Positions 48,214-58,215 of a stretch of 64,000 nt of DNA are shown here, piece by piece (within the stretch, counting starts at the first letter, position 1; each line of letters begins with the position of its first letter). The stretch is from positions 4,480,001-4,544,000 of the forward strand of contig OY969474.1 in the NCBI GenBank assembly GCA_963700145.1. Reading direction: 5' to 3'. The position numbers were made by a program, and so were the translations under genes. The notes beneath the pieces were generated by a model. It saw nothing but the letters and a program-made list of their open reading frames with translations, did no database searches and had not been told where the DNA came from. The DNA is from an uncultured Acidobacteriota bacterium (GTDB lineage: Bacteria; Acidobacteriota; Thermoanaerobaculia; Multivoradales; UBA5704).

Positions 48214-51200
48214 ATGGCACGCCCCGAGTCCCAGGCCATCGCTGGCTACTTTCCCACCCCGGAACACCTCGTTCCGGCGATCGCGTCCCTCGTCGCGCTC
48301 GAGCGCGAACGGTACGACCGACCGGTCTTCTTCGACCCCTGCGCGGGGACCGGCTCCGCGCTCGTGGCGCTTACCGCCGCGGTCCTCGACGTCGCGCCCG
48401 CAGAGGCAGCCCGCTACTGCCAGGCGATCGAGCTCGAAGCGACCCGCGCCGAGGCCCTGAGCCGGCGCCTGCCGCACGGCGGCGCACGGAGCGGTGACGC
48501 GCTGACCTTCGGCATCGCTGCGAGCCCGGGGGCGTCCGTCCTCTTTCTCAATCCACCGTACGACACGGACCGCGAGCACCGACGCCTCGAGCAACGCTTT
48601 CTCGCGCGCTTCACCGACGCGCTCGCCCCGGGCGGGGCGCTCCTCTTCGTCGTCCCCCACACCGCGCTCGCGGCATCGGCCGAGCATCTCGCCTCGCGCT
48701 ACACCAATGTCCAGGCCTGGCGATTCCCGGATCCCGACTTCGCTGCCTTCAAGCAGGTCGTCGTCGTGGCCGAGCGTCGGTGCGAGTCGGTGCCGCCGGA
48801 TCGCATGACTCTCCAGAGACTCCGCGCCGCGGCCGAGACCGCGAGCGCTCTTCCGGTGCTTCAGGGCGGAGAAGGGTCGGCCGCAGTCACCGTGCGCCTG
48901 CCGCATGCGCATCTCACCCTCCACGCGCAAGCCCTCGACGTCGAAGACCTGCTCTCGCACGCCCAGCTATTCGCGCCGAGCGCCTCTCTGATGGGCTTCG
49001 ATCGCGAGGCCCGCCAGCTCCTGGGGTCGCCGCTTCCGGTCGCGCTCCCGCCGCGCCCCGCGCACATCGCGCTCGCGCTCGCCGCGGGGCTCCTCAACGG
49101 TCGTCGGCTCGCACCGAACGACTCGAGCTGGTTGCCCTACCTCCTGGCCAAGGGCACGTTCACCCGCACTCTCCAGACCGTCGACCAGCGGCGTAACAAG
49201 AAGGGGGAGGTGACCGGCGAGGTCTGCGTGCAGCAGCCCCGTCTCGACCTCCACATCCTCCGGCTGGACACCCTGACGTTCCACCAGTTGGCGCTGGGGA
49301 CCGAGACCTCCGGGGCACCGTCCCTGGACGAGTTCAATACCGCCGACCTCCTCGAGCACTACAGCGAGTCGCTCGTGCGGCTTGTCCGCGAGCAACTCCC
49401 GGCGATGCATGATCCCGACGACCCCGAACACCAGATCGCGCTGCCCAGCCTGGCCCGCCGTCCGTACCGGCGGCAGGCGGCGCTGATCCAAGCGGGTCTA
49501 AAGCTCCTCGCTCTCGGCGAGAACCCTCAGCTCCTGGCCGAGGTTGGCACCGGGAAGTCGACCGTGGCGCTTTCGATCGCCGGTGCCCTCGCGCCCAGCC
49601 GCTTCGCCGCGACGAGGACGGAGCTCGTGCGAGTCGGCCTCACTCCGCGTCGCCTCCGTCCGGTGTCCAGGATGCTGGTCGTCTGCCCACCGCACCTGCT
49701 CCAGAGCTGGACCGATCAGGCACGCGCCGTTCTTCCGGGTGCGCCCGTGCAGATCGTTCAGGCGCCTTCGGACCTCGACCGGCCTGCCGCGATCTACGTC
49801 TTGAGCCGCGAGACCGCCAAGCTCGGATCGAGCATCGCCGGCGTGGCCGGCACGCGCTGCCCCGACTGTGGGCACCCGCTGCCGGAAGGAAGCCCAGAGA
49901 GCTTCGCCGCGCAACGCCTCCGCTGTCAGGGAGAGGTGGTCGTGCCCTCGAATCCGTTCGCGCGCCTGGCACGAGACCTGGGCCTCGTCCTGCAGCGCTC
50001 GCTAACGGGCTCCCTTCGCGAGCGGCTCTTGCCGTACCTGGAAGCTCACCCCGCCGCGCACCGGCGAGCTCTTCAGTTCTACCGTCAGGATTCGCCGACT
50101 GCTCCGATCTCGCCGTCCGGCCGCGTCGCGCTGCAGGCCGCGCTTGCCCAGGTCGCCGAGCTCGTCGAGACCAACTTCCTGCGCCTGTCGAACTGGGAGC
50201 ACCGGTTCTGGGAGCCGTTCCGCGTTGCCGCGCACCTGGCTCTGGTGCTTGATGCGTTCGAGCCGTTCGCCGCTCGCTGTCGCGAGCTGGCGGCCCGCCG
50301 CGTCGCCGAGGCGGTTCCGCGCCTCTACCTTCAGTCGATCGACGAGCTGCTGGAGAAGCAGCTCACGGAGCTCGCGCCATTGGCCGAGCGCCTGCGAGAT
50401 GCCGACTCCGACGAGGATCTCCGCAGCGAGCTCCTCGGCCGCGTGCTCGAGATGCTCCTTTCGGGCGCGACCTGGGCGACGAAGCCCGGTTGCGGCGCCG
50501 CGCTCCACACGACCACGCCCGAACCGCGACGTTACCCGCTGGCGCGGTACATCCTGAGCAAGAAGCGCCGACTGTTCGACCTGGTCATCCTCGACGAGGC
50601 CCACGAGTTCTCGACCAGCGGCAGCGCGCAGCAGAAGGCCGCGCACCGCTTGGCGCAGCTTCCGCGCGTGCCGGTGATCGCCCTGACCGGGAGTCTGATG
50701 GGTGGCTACGCGAGCTCGCTCTTCGCGAACGCCTGGGCGCTCTCGCGGCGGTTCCGGTCGCAATTCGACCTCGACGAGAAGCCCTCGTTCGTCACCCGGT
50801 ATGGGTACCGGAAGCTCCTCGTCACGCCGACCGCGGCCAAGCCGCTTCCTGGCAACCGGAGCTACGGTCGCCAGAGCGATCGCACCGACGGCGACGGCTT
50901 CGAGATTCGCCAGCTCGGCGAGGCGCCAGGGGTCCTACCTCTCTACATCCTGGAGCACATTCTCCCGACCGGTCTGGTGATGCACAAGGGCGATCTCGAC
51001 GAGGAGCTTCCGCCGTGCAGCGAGGAGCCGACCCCGGTGCGCACGTCGCCCGACGACTTCCTCGACGCGAAGCTCCTGGCCGAGTTCAGCCGCCTGCGTG
51101 CCGCGTTGGTCTCCCGGATTCACGCCGATCGGGGCACCGAGCGTGCCGGCCTCCTCTGGGGTGCGATGTCCGAGCTGCCGTCGTATCTCGACCTCGCGAA

Positions 51201-51891
51201 CGAGGAGTGCGGCCCGTTCGTCATCCGGTATCCAGACGAGGCCGGGGGAGAAGAGGTTGCCACCGGAGTCGCCTTCCCCGCGAGTTGGCGTTCGCCTAAG
51301 GAGCGCTGGCTGTTGGCCGAGCTCCGCGTCGAGCTCGACGCTGGCCGGCGGGCGATCGTCTTCCTCCGTCACACCGGCAATCGCGGCTTCCTGCGGCGGC
51401 TTCACCGCCTCATCGCCGAGGACCTCGAGCAGGCGCCCACCTTCCTCGATCCCGCAAAGGTCCCGACCGGCGTGCGCGAGAGCTGGCTCAACGAGGTCAT
51501 CGACGGCGGTTGCCGCGTGCTCCTGGTTCACCCGAAGGCGGTCCAGACGGGCCTCAACAACCTCACCGCGTTCCACACCGCGATCTGGTTCGAGGGTCCG
51601 GACTACGACGCCCGCGTCACGCGGCAGGCGAACGGCCGTCCGCACCGGATCGGGCAGACGGAGCCGGTGCGGCTCATCTACCCCTACTACGCCGACACGC
51701 TCCAGAAGGCCGCCCTCGATCTCGTCGCGCGGAAGATCACCGCGTCGCTGCAGGTCGACGGGCTCTCGCTGGCCGGCGCGCTCGAGGCTGCCGGCGCCCT
51801 CTCGGATGAAGACCGTCTGCACGCCACCGCGGCGCTCGCCATCGGCCAGGCGCTCTACCGCGCGGCGACTGGGGGCGGGGGGTCGCGATGA
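48214..51891 (+). CDS. DNA methyltransferase (DUF6094-like) - SF2 helicase fusion
   Basis: GYFPTP, FDPCAGTG, LFLNPPY; AEVGTGKS, ILDEAH, LTGS, QTGLNNL, QANGRPHRIGQ. Confidence 0.85.
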   Translation: MARPESQAIAGYFPTPEHLVPAIASLVALERERYDRPVFFDPCAGTGSALVALTAAVLDVAPAEAARYCQAIELEATRAEALSRRLPHGGARSGDALTFGIAASPGASVLFLNPPYDTDREHRRLEQRFLARFTDALAPGGALLFVVPHTALAASAEHLASRYTNVQAWRFPDPDFAAFKQVVVVAERRCESVPPDRMTLQRLRAAAETASALPVLQGGEGSAAVTVRLPHAHLTLHAQALDVEDLLSHAQLFAPSASLMGFDREARQLLGSPLPVALPPRPAHIALALAAGLLNGRRLAPNDSSWLPYLLAKGTFTRTLQTVDQRRNKKGEVTGEVCVQQPRLDLHILRLDTLTFHQLALGTETSGAPSLDEFNTADLLEHYSESLVRLVREQLPAMHDPDDPEHQIALPSLARRPYRRQAALIQAGLKLLALGENPQLLAEVGTGKSTVALSIAGALAPSRFAATRTELVRVGLTPRRLRPVSRMLVVCPPHLLQSWTDQARAVLPGAPVQIVQAPSDLDRPAAIYVLSRETAKLGSSIAGVAGTRCPDCGHPLPEGSPESFAAQRLRCQGEVVVPSNPFARLARDLGLVLQRSLTGSLRERLLPYLEAHPAAHRRALQFYRQDSPTAPISPSGRVALQAALAQVAELVETNFLRLSNWEHRFWEPFRVAAHLALVLDAFEPFAARCRELAARRVAEAVPRLYLQSIDELLEKQLTELAPLAERLRDADSDEDLRSELLGRVLEMLLSGATWATKPGCGAALHTTTPEPRRYPLARYILSKKRRLFDLVILDEAHEFSTSGSAQQKAAHRLAQLPRVPVIALTGSLMGGYASSLFANAWALSRRFRSQFDLDEKPSFVTRYGYRKLLVTPTAAKPLPGNRSYGRQSDRTDGDGFEIRQLGEAPGVLPLYILEHILPTGLVMHKGDLDEELPPCSEEPTPVRTSPDDFLDAKLLAEFSRLRAALVSRIHADRGTERAGLLWGAMSELPSYLDLANEECGPFVIRYPDEAGGEEVATGVAFPASWRSPKERWLLAELRVELDAGRRAIVFLRHTGNRGFLRRLHRLIAEDLEQAPTFLDPAKVPTGVRESWLNEVIDGGCRVLLVHPKAVQTGLNNLTAFHTAIWFEGPDYDARVTRQANGRPHRIGQTEPVRLIYPYYADTLQKAALDLVARKITASLQVDGLSLAGALEAAGALSDEDRLHATAALAIGQALYRAATGGGGSR

Positions 51892-52547
51892 CCGCCGCAA
51901 CTCGGAAGGAGGAACGAATGCTGGAGCAACTCGGACTCTTCAGCTCGGCGTCGCCGGCTGGCGATCCTTGCCTCACCAAGGAACGCGCCGCGACCGACGA
52001 CGCCTGGCCACATCGAACCTGGAGGTTCGGTCCGGGGCACTCGATCGAGTACCGCAACCCCGAGCCGGCGTCGCCTGCGCCGCCCGCCGTGTTGGGCGGC
52101 GAATGGGCATGGAACCCGCTGGTTCCGGGCTGGCAGATCGACTACCCTGTTCCGCCGTTCTCCCTCGATCCGCGCGGCGAGGGCGCCGACCGACATGGCC
52201 CGAAGCTGCTCCCGCCGCCGGGCTTCCTCGAGATCGACCGGAGACGCCTGGCGGGCCGCTGTCCACACTGCGGCGAGCGGAGCGGCGGGCGCTGGGGCGG
52301 CCCCGGCTGGTGCGGTTGGAGCGACTCCCGGGTTGGGGCTGCCTTCGAGGCGGAGGAGGCGGCCGGGCGTCGTTGCTACGGGCTCACCGTGGTCGACGTG
52401 GAGGGACTCGGTCCCGTCAATCCGTTGTCTCACTACACGCGGTGGGGCGCCGGATTCTGTGCCTCCTGCGGCGCCGTCTCCTGGAACGACTTCCGAGATC
52501 CTGCCAGCGCCTACTACCGGCCGCCCGCGAAGGCGGTCGGCCCCTGA
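51888..52547 (+). CDS. Hypothetical Cys-rich protein (possible Zn-binding)
   Basis: ATGA-coupled to the helicase; CPHC and CASC motifs. Confidence 0.5.
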   Translation: MTAATRKEERMLEQLGLFSSASPAGDPCLTKERAATDDAWPHRTWRFGPGHSIEYRNPEPASPAPPAVLGGEWAWNPLVPGWQIDYPVPPFSLDPRGEGADRHGPKLLPPPGFLEIDRRRLAGRCPHCGERSGGRWGGPGWCGWSDSRVGAAFEAEEAAGRRCYGLTVVDVEGLGPVNPLSHYTRWGAGFCASCGAVSWNDFRDPASAYYRPPAKAVGP

Positions 52548-52864
52548 ATCCCCGCGGGTTCTACTCCCCGGTGCTGGAGGCGCTCGAGTCAGGTCCCCGA
52601 GGCAAAGGCCGCACGTCGTCTAGCGGGAAACGGCAGGCGCGCTCTCACCCTCGACCTTCACGCGGTCACCCTTGCCGGGCGTTCGAGGAGGAGGCGGTGT
52701 CCAAGCGGCGCAGCGAAATCGGTGACTGCCCTCGGCATCGAGCTGACGGCTGAAGGCAGGACCTCGCGTTCGGGGGAGCGCCGGACCAGAGACTCGCGCT
52801 GAGATCGGCCACTGCTCCCTGACCTGCTTGCCGGGAGGCGAGCCTGCTACCGAGGCCCGGGCAG

Positions 52865-52975
52865 GCGAGCGTCGCGCCAGCCAAAAGGCCGCTGTCACGC
52901 CTCTCGCCCCACGCTCCAGGGTGCCCCCACCCGGGCTGCGCGCGAGCCCCTCGTCTCCTCCGGGGCGTCGTGCTC
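52865..52975 (+). repeat. About 110-bp intergenic repeat, copy 2
   Basis: See 47124-47233; both copies precede a CAAGG...CCTTG hairpin and a gene. Confidence 0.8.
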
Positions 52976-53235
52976 GCCCAGCCACCCACCCTGGAGCGGC
53001 CCGTGCCTCTTCGTCCTCGAGCCCCACCGACGTCAAGAGTGCGAGGCGCGGTCCCGTCATCTGTCTCCTTCGGTCGAGGTCCCCGCCCAACGTCCCGTAA
53101 ACCGTGCCCGCGGTGCGCCCGGCCGCAAGGCCAAGCCTGCGGAGCGCTGCGCGCTGCCTTGTCGGCCGGGCTTCGTTCACCCCGGGCTCCCACCGGTCCG
53201 TGTTGGACGGAAACCACAACCAAAGGAGAAAGCAG

Positions 53236-53628
53236 ATGACCAGCCAGACCGCAATCACCCTCTACGGCAACGTCGGCGGAGACCCGGAGACCCGCACCAT
53301 CCCCGGCAAGCAGGTCACGAAGCAGTTCTACGACCCGATCATCGACGACATGGTCGAGCGCGAGTTCACCACCCCCGAACGCGAGGTCCGGACCTTCTCG
53401 ATCGCCGTCAGCAAGAAGGACACCGAGGGCAACGACGTCACCCGCTGGATCCGCTGCGACGACTGGAACCGCCTCTCCCGCCTGGTCGGCAAGGGCGACC
53501 GCGTGAAGGTCAAGGGTCACTTCCGCGAGCGCACCTACCAGAAGGACGGCGAGACGAAGACCGTGCGCGACTTCGTCGTCGAGGACCTCAAGATCGAGCG
53601 CCACAAGATCCGGCACCGGGCGGAGTAG
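53236..53628 (+). CDS. ssb: Divergent single-stranded DNA-binding protein
   Basis: ITLYGNVGGDPETR...FSIAVS...TRWIRC..W...KGDRVKVKGHFRERTY; AAGGAG RBS. Confidence 0.85.
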   Translation: MTSQTAITLYGNVGGDPETRTIPGKQVTKQFYDPIIDDMVEREFTTPEREVRTFSIAVSKKDTEGNDVTRWIRCDDWNRLSRLVGKGDRVKVKGHFRERTYQKDGETKTVRDFVVEDLKIERHKIRHRAE

Positions 53629-53639
53629 CCGCTGGTCAG

Positions 53640-53663
53640 GGGCCGCCCCACCGGGGGCGGCCC
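53640..53663 (+). terminator. GC hairpin after the second ssb
   Basis: GGGCCGCCCC-ACCG-GGGGCGGCCC; no U-tract. Confidence 0.4.
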
Positions 53664-53917
53664 TCCCGCTCCTGGCCCCGCCGAAGCTCCTGGCGAGAGG
53701 GCAGTCGCTCATCGGACGTTCCTCCAGGCCTTGGTCGACCCGCCGGGCAACAAGCCGATGGAATGGCGAGGATTCGCCGATCACCAGCCGAGCCAGCGTT
53801 CAGCCCTCCTGGCGTGCCGGCCTGGCTCGGACCTCGAGTCGGCGCATAGCCGAATCACCGCAGGGTCCCACGCGCTCCTCAGAGACCCTCTGCCGCAGGA
53901 AGCGCGCGAGGCCTCTT

Positions 53918-54008
53918 CCAGAAGAACGGCGAGACCAAGACCGTGCGCGACTTCGTCATCCAGGACCTGGCGTTCGAGCGCCAGAAGATCCGGGAGCACG
54001 CCAGGTAG
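53918..54008 (+). pseudogene. Diverged duplicate of the 3' end of the second ssb
   Basis: Encodes QKNGETKTVRDFVIQDLAFERQKIREHAR* versus QKDGETKTVRDFVVEDLKIERHKIRHRAE*. Confidence 0.8.
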
Positions 54009-54138
54009 CGACGACGGTGCTGCAAGGGTCGCCCCCTTGTGGGGTGGCTATTCACGCCACTGCCATCGTTCCATCGAACGTCTTGAAGTCCCAATTCGTC
54101 GCCGCAACTATTCGACCAAAGCGCGCCGGGCGCCCTTG

Positions 54139-56187
54139 CTACGTAGGTGAGTCTGGCGTCCCCGAAACAACTTCGAGGACTTGCCATCCGCGCTGACTCA
54201 CCCTCTGAACGTGCTGGTCGAAAGTCTGACCTTCACCAAAGGCAGACCGTCTCACTGCAATGCATAGCAAGTGACTAGGCCGAGTCATCGCCACGTAGGT
54301 CTGCAGGAGACGCTTCCGATCCTGCTGTCCAGCGCTGCTCCGATTGACCTTCTCCCCCTGAAGCCAAGGCGCCATTTGACGAGACGAGTGAGCATGCCAA
54401 TAGGTATTCAGCAGTAGCGTTGCCAGGTGGGTTTGGCCCTTCACGGAATGGATCGACCCGAGGCGGATATCCACGTGCCGTTCGCCAACGCGAACTCGAT
54501 AGCAGTTTGGCGCAGCGTTGGCTCGCGGTTGGCGGGTGGACGTCGGCGGAGAAGGACTACCTACAACGTAGTCCAGGAAAGCATCTGCCGCGCCTCGATC
54601 GACGGTGCCCTCGCAGAGCGCCCCGGCGACGGCTAGGCTGTCCACCCGCATAGTGCTCCACTCTTCCTCGGTTAATGGTGCCGACTCCACCAGAAGCCTC
54701 TTGATGAGCCGGCGATACGTAGCTAGTGCGGTCTGATCTGGCTGCAACGCATGAACGAGAATCGTATGGGTTCGGCTTCTCCCTTTGAGGCGACCGGCGT
54801 TTCCGATGCGGCAGGCGAGGCGAAGGAGTCCGAGGCTGATCCGCTCGACACCCGGGGAGAGGTCGCCTCGATCCCGAGCCGCAAGCTGCGCGGCGCGAGC
54901 GTACTGGATCAGTGTTCGGGGGTGTGGATCCTTCCGGGAGATCTCGGCGGCGTACCCGATCCAGTAGTGTGACACTGACTTTGGATAGTGAGCATGCCCA
55001 GGCTGGATGGAGGGCTCATCTCGATGGACCGCGCCAACGGCCACCACGTCGGCCTTTCTCAACGTCGGGTCGTCGAAGCTCTCTAGCACGAGCCTCCCGT
55101 AGGCATCCAAGATGCCCGCCGTAGAATCATCTGCAAAGACGAAGACGGTGTGGGGGCACTTCGCCGATGTGCCGGGAGTTGCCTTCGGGCCGTGACCGCA
55201 CAGGCCTTGTGTTCCGACAGCAGTTACTGCGAAAGGTGAGGCGAGGGCAGCAATCTCAGGTCCAAAGCGGTAGCTGTTTGGGATGCTGAGGTGCGGAGTC
55301 GGGCTCGGCGCTGGAAACTCGGCGGGCGAGTCGTCTCGCTCGAGCTCGTGGAAGATGGCTTGATTAGGGTCTCCTACGCGTTGCACAACGGTCTCTGCCG
55401 AGTCTCGTGGAAAAAACTTGTTTAGGAGCTCGCTCTGAACGGCTGTCGTGTCCTGCATCTCGTCGACCAGCACGAGAGGGAAGCGCCGCCGAAGCCATTG
55501 AACCACATTTGGCGAGTCCGCCAAGAGTGCGCGCGCCCAGACAAACATTTCATCGTGGCAGAAGTAGCCGGCTTGCGCGCTACCTGTGACCGCCTTCCTG
55601 GCGGCGTTGAAGGTGCTGGTGTTCGCTCCGGCTGGGAAAGGCTTACCACCGAGATCGAAGGCTAGGTCGCGCGCGCAGATGCGAATCTGCTCGAAGCGGC
55701 TATGTTTCTGCTCCAAGAAGTAGGACAGTGCCACATGCTCCTTGTAGGAGAGAATTGAGCGACGATGTGCAGTGGCGACCTCGTCGTCGATCGTGGGCGA
55801 AGGGTAGCCGTTACTCCTCAGCCAGGGCAGGGCAGCAAACCGATTCACAAAGCCGTGAATAGTGTCGATAAAGTGGGGATAGTTCAGAAGGCGATGCCCG
55901 ACGACGGTTGATCCCAGCCGACGTTGCACTTCTTCGCGTGCCACGTTGGTGTGGGACAGGACGCAAATACCCTTCGTGCGGTGCGGCCAGTTGCGGGCCA
56001 GCATGGCGAGCTTCGCCACGATTAGCGTGGTCTTGCCGCTGCCAGGGCACGCCGATACGTCGAGCGTGTGTCTCGCGGTTAAGAATGCCAGCCGTGGAGC
56101 GTCGAGCGCATCCAGCCGCATGAGTACGCTTACCCAATTGATGTCATCGTCACTGATCTCTGGAAGGAGGGGCGGCGCGGCTGGCAT
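54139..56187 (-). CDS. gajB: UvrD-like helicase, Gabija GajB-like
   Basis: ACPGSGKTT, LSHTN, VDEMQD, GDPNQAIF, IHSVKG, YVAMTR; directly downstream of the OLD nuclease. Confidence 0.8.
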   Translation of the reverse strand: MPAAPPLLPEISDDDINWVSVLMRLDALDAPRLAFLTARHTLDVSACPGSGKTTLIVAKLAMLARNWPHRTKGICVLSHTNVAREEVQRRLGSTVVGHRLLNYPHFIDTIHGFVNRFAALPWLRSNGYPSPTIDDEVATAHRRSILSYKEHVALSYFLEQKHSRFEQIRICARDLAFDLGGKPFPAGANTSTFNAARKAVTGSAQAGYFCHDEMFVWARALLADSPNVVQWLRRRFPLVLVDEMQDTTAVQSELLNKFFPRDSAETVVQRVGDPNQAIFHELERDDSPAEFPAPSPTPHLSIPNSYRFGPEIAALASPFAVTAVGTQGLCGHGPKATPGTSAKCPHTVFVFADDSTAGILDAYGRLVLESFDDPTLRKADVVAVGAVHRDEPSIQPGHAHYPKSVSHYWIGYAAEISRKDPHPRTLIQYARAAQLAARDRGDLSPGVERISLGLLRLACRIGNAGRLKGRSRTHTILVHALQPDQTALATYRRLIKRLLVESAPLTEEEWSTMRVDSLAVAGALCEGTVDRGAADAFLDYVVGSPSPPTSTRQPRANAAPNCYRVRVGERHVDIRLGSIHSVKGQTHLATLLLNTYWHAHSSRQMAPWLQGEKVNRSSAGQQDRKRLLQTYVAMTRPSHLLCIAVRRSAFGEGQTFDQHVQRVSQRGWQVLEVVSGTPDSPT

Positions 56188-56193
56188 CGACGT

Positions 56194-58215
56194 CTACTCT
56201 GCAGGGTTTGGCGAGAGATGCTCTCGGGTGGGGTCGACTACGTGCGTAATCGCATCAACGATGTATCGGGGAAGGTTGGCGGTAAAGGATGCTCTGTCGA
56301 AGGTTAGCTTGTCGTGCGCTGCGAGGAGCAATTCAGCCAGATACTGAGCTCCCACAGCCTTCGAAGCATGGCCTGAGTGGAACGGCTGGTAGATCCTTGT
56401 GCATAGCACAGCGAGGTCGCCCTGCGCGGCAGCTAATAGCTCAGCATAGTCGGCTCTGGCAAGAGACTCGATTTCCGCCCGCTCCTCCTTTCCGGCCTTC
56501 CCCGTCCCGTCGTGCTTCGCCAGCCATGCGGCGAGGTGGACATCCTCTGGCATGCCGCAATATGCGAGGTCGTACTCGAGCGTCCAGTGGTCAGCGACGA
56601 ACGTTCTTACGGACTGTCCATCGTCGGCCGCGAGACGCTCGCGCCTAGTAGCGAGGAGTTGGTCTTGGTTCAGGTCACCGGCAATGAAGTCACGACGGGC
56701 CTTCCAGCGGCGACGCGGGCTTGTCCATCTCGGGTCGTCATTGTTCTCCACCAGTCCGAGAATCACGGGTGCGCAGTCCGGCATCACGTCCATGTCGGCG
56801 ATACATGCGATCGGGACGGAGAGGGGAGTTGCGGCTGAGTCGGATCGTTGGAAGATTCTGCTGAAGCGCCTCAGTCCGGTGCTGCCGACGTTTACGACGG
56901 AGACACCATGCTCAGTGAGGTCGTGACCCATGAGCTTCGCAATGACCGGCAGGAGAATCGCCTCCGCATCACCTTCAACGACTATGACGGCGTGGGCGAA
57001 GAAGAGATTGGCCTTGGTGACATCGAGAAACCGCTCTAGAAATCTGTAGTCGCTTGGGTCGAGTCTTGTATAGCCATCAGCCAAGGGAAAGGCTCGGCCA
57101 CCATCCAGCAAGAGCAGGCTCTCTAGCGGAATCCTTGAGGCGAGGTTGGGGCTGTGGGTGGTGAGTATTACCTGGACAGGACGGCGCGAGTCTTCTGTCT
57201 TGGCGGATGCGGCGCGCATCAGAAATTCCACCAGCCTGAGTTGCCGCTGAGGATGGAGGTGTGCCTCTGGCTCTTCGACAAGGAGTAGCGGCAGTCCCTC
57301 TGGCTCATAGCCAAGGAGGAGCAACTCACAGGCCATGTATAGCAAGTTGTTTGAGCCGAGGCCAAAACGGCCCCTGGCTGTTCCGGACGAGGATTCGAGC
57401 AAGGCGAGCTCTAGGCGCTCCAACATCTGCCGAAGCCGAGCCTTCTCTGTTCCCCCTTCCGTGATGTCGATTCGCCCGAGGAGTCGATCGCCACTGAGGG
57501 ACAGTGAGGAGAGGTACTGGTCATTGATCGCCTGTTCGGCGCCGCTAACGCCCTTGTGCTGCCTGACGCTGTAACGGAGATAGTCCGTGAGCCCCACGAT
57601 CCCCAGAGAGGCCACCGCGGCGGCGTCCTCTGGCAGAACGCTGGCATCGAACGAGTTGCCATCCTTGATCGCGGGGACATTTGCGAGAATCTGCGAGAGG
57701 CGAGAGCCGCGCCCGGCGGACATCTCGCGTTCAGCATCGCGCAGTGGCCTCAGGTAGGCGGTGCTCAAGAGCTCACGCACCGAGGACTCGAGGGTCGGGC
57801 CCGAGCCGTCCAATCCAGAGCGTACGGTTACGTCGACCCATCGTCGAGCGCTAGGCGATTCGCTGAGCCTCGCGGCTGTCCAGTTGATAATGAGGCTGAC
57901 GTCTTGGCCCTCGTACGACAAGTACTCGACGAATGCGCCCTTCTCGTCGTCATTGAGCTCAGTCAATTTGCAGCAGATCGCGATGTCGGTGGCCTGCCGC
58001 CCTTCTTTGTCGAGGTGGAAGTCCGCCGGCTGGACACGGAAGTACTCTTGGTCGCGCGTGAGTAGCGCATACCTGATGGCATCGATGATCGTCGATTTGC
58101 CGCTGTCATTGCGCCCTACCAACGCGGTTAGCCCACTGCTAATGGATAGGTGTAGAGCGGAATTGCCATCACCGAATTGGCGAAAATTGCGAACGGTAAG
58201 TCTAGAGAGACGCAC
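56194..58215 (-). CDS. gajA: OLD-family ABC ATPase-TOPRIM nuclease, Gabija GajA-like
   Basis: GRNDSGKST, EEPEAHLHPQ, TTHSP, VEGDAE, DMD, TLEYDLA. Confidence 0.85.
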   Translation of the reverse strand: MRLSRLTVRNFRQFGDGNSALHLSISSGLTALVGRNDSGKSTIIDAIRYALLTRDQEYFRVQPADFHLDKEGRQATDIAICCKLTELNDDEKGAFVEYLSYEGQDVSLIINWTAARLSESPSARRWVDVTVRSGLDGSGPTLESSVRELLSTAYLRPLRDAEREMSAGRGSRLSQILANVPAIKDGNSFDASVLPEDAAAVASLGIVGLTDYLRYSVRQHKGVSGAEQAINDQYLSSLSLSGDRLLGRIDITEGGTEKARLRQMLERLELALLESSSGTARGRFGLGSNNLLYMACELLLLGYEPEGLPLLLVEEPEAHLHPQRQLRLVEFLMRAASAKTEDSRRPVQVILTTHSPNLASRIPLESLLLLDGGRAFPLADGYTRLDPSDYRFLERFLDVTKANLFFAHAVIVVEGDAEAILLPVIAKLMGHDLTEHGVSVVNVGSTGLRRFSRIFQRSDSAATPLSVPIACIADMDVMPDCAPVILGLVENNDDPRWTSPRRRWKARRDFIAGDLNQDQLLATRRERLAADDGQSVRTFVADHWTLEYDLAYCGMPEDVHLAAWLAKHDGTGKAGKEERAEIESLARADYAELLAAAQGDLAVLCTRIYQPFHSGHASKAVGAQYLAELLLAAHDKLTFDRASFTANLPRYIVDAITHVVDPTREHLSPNPAE

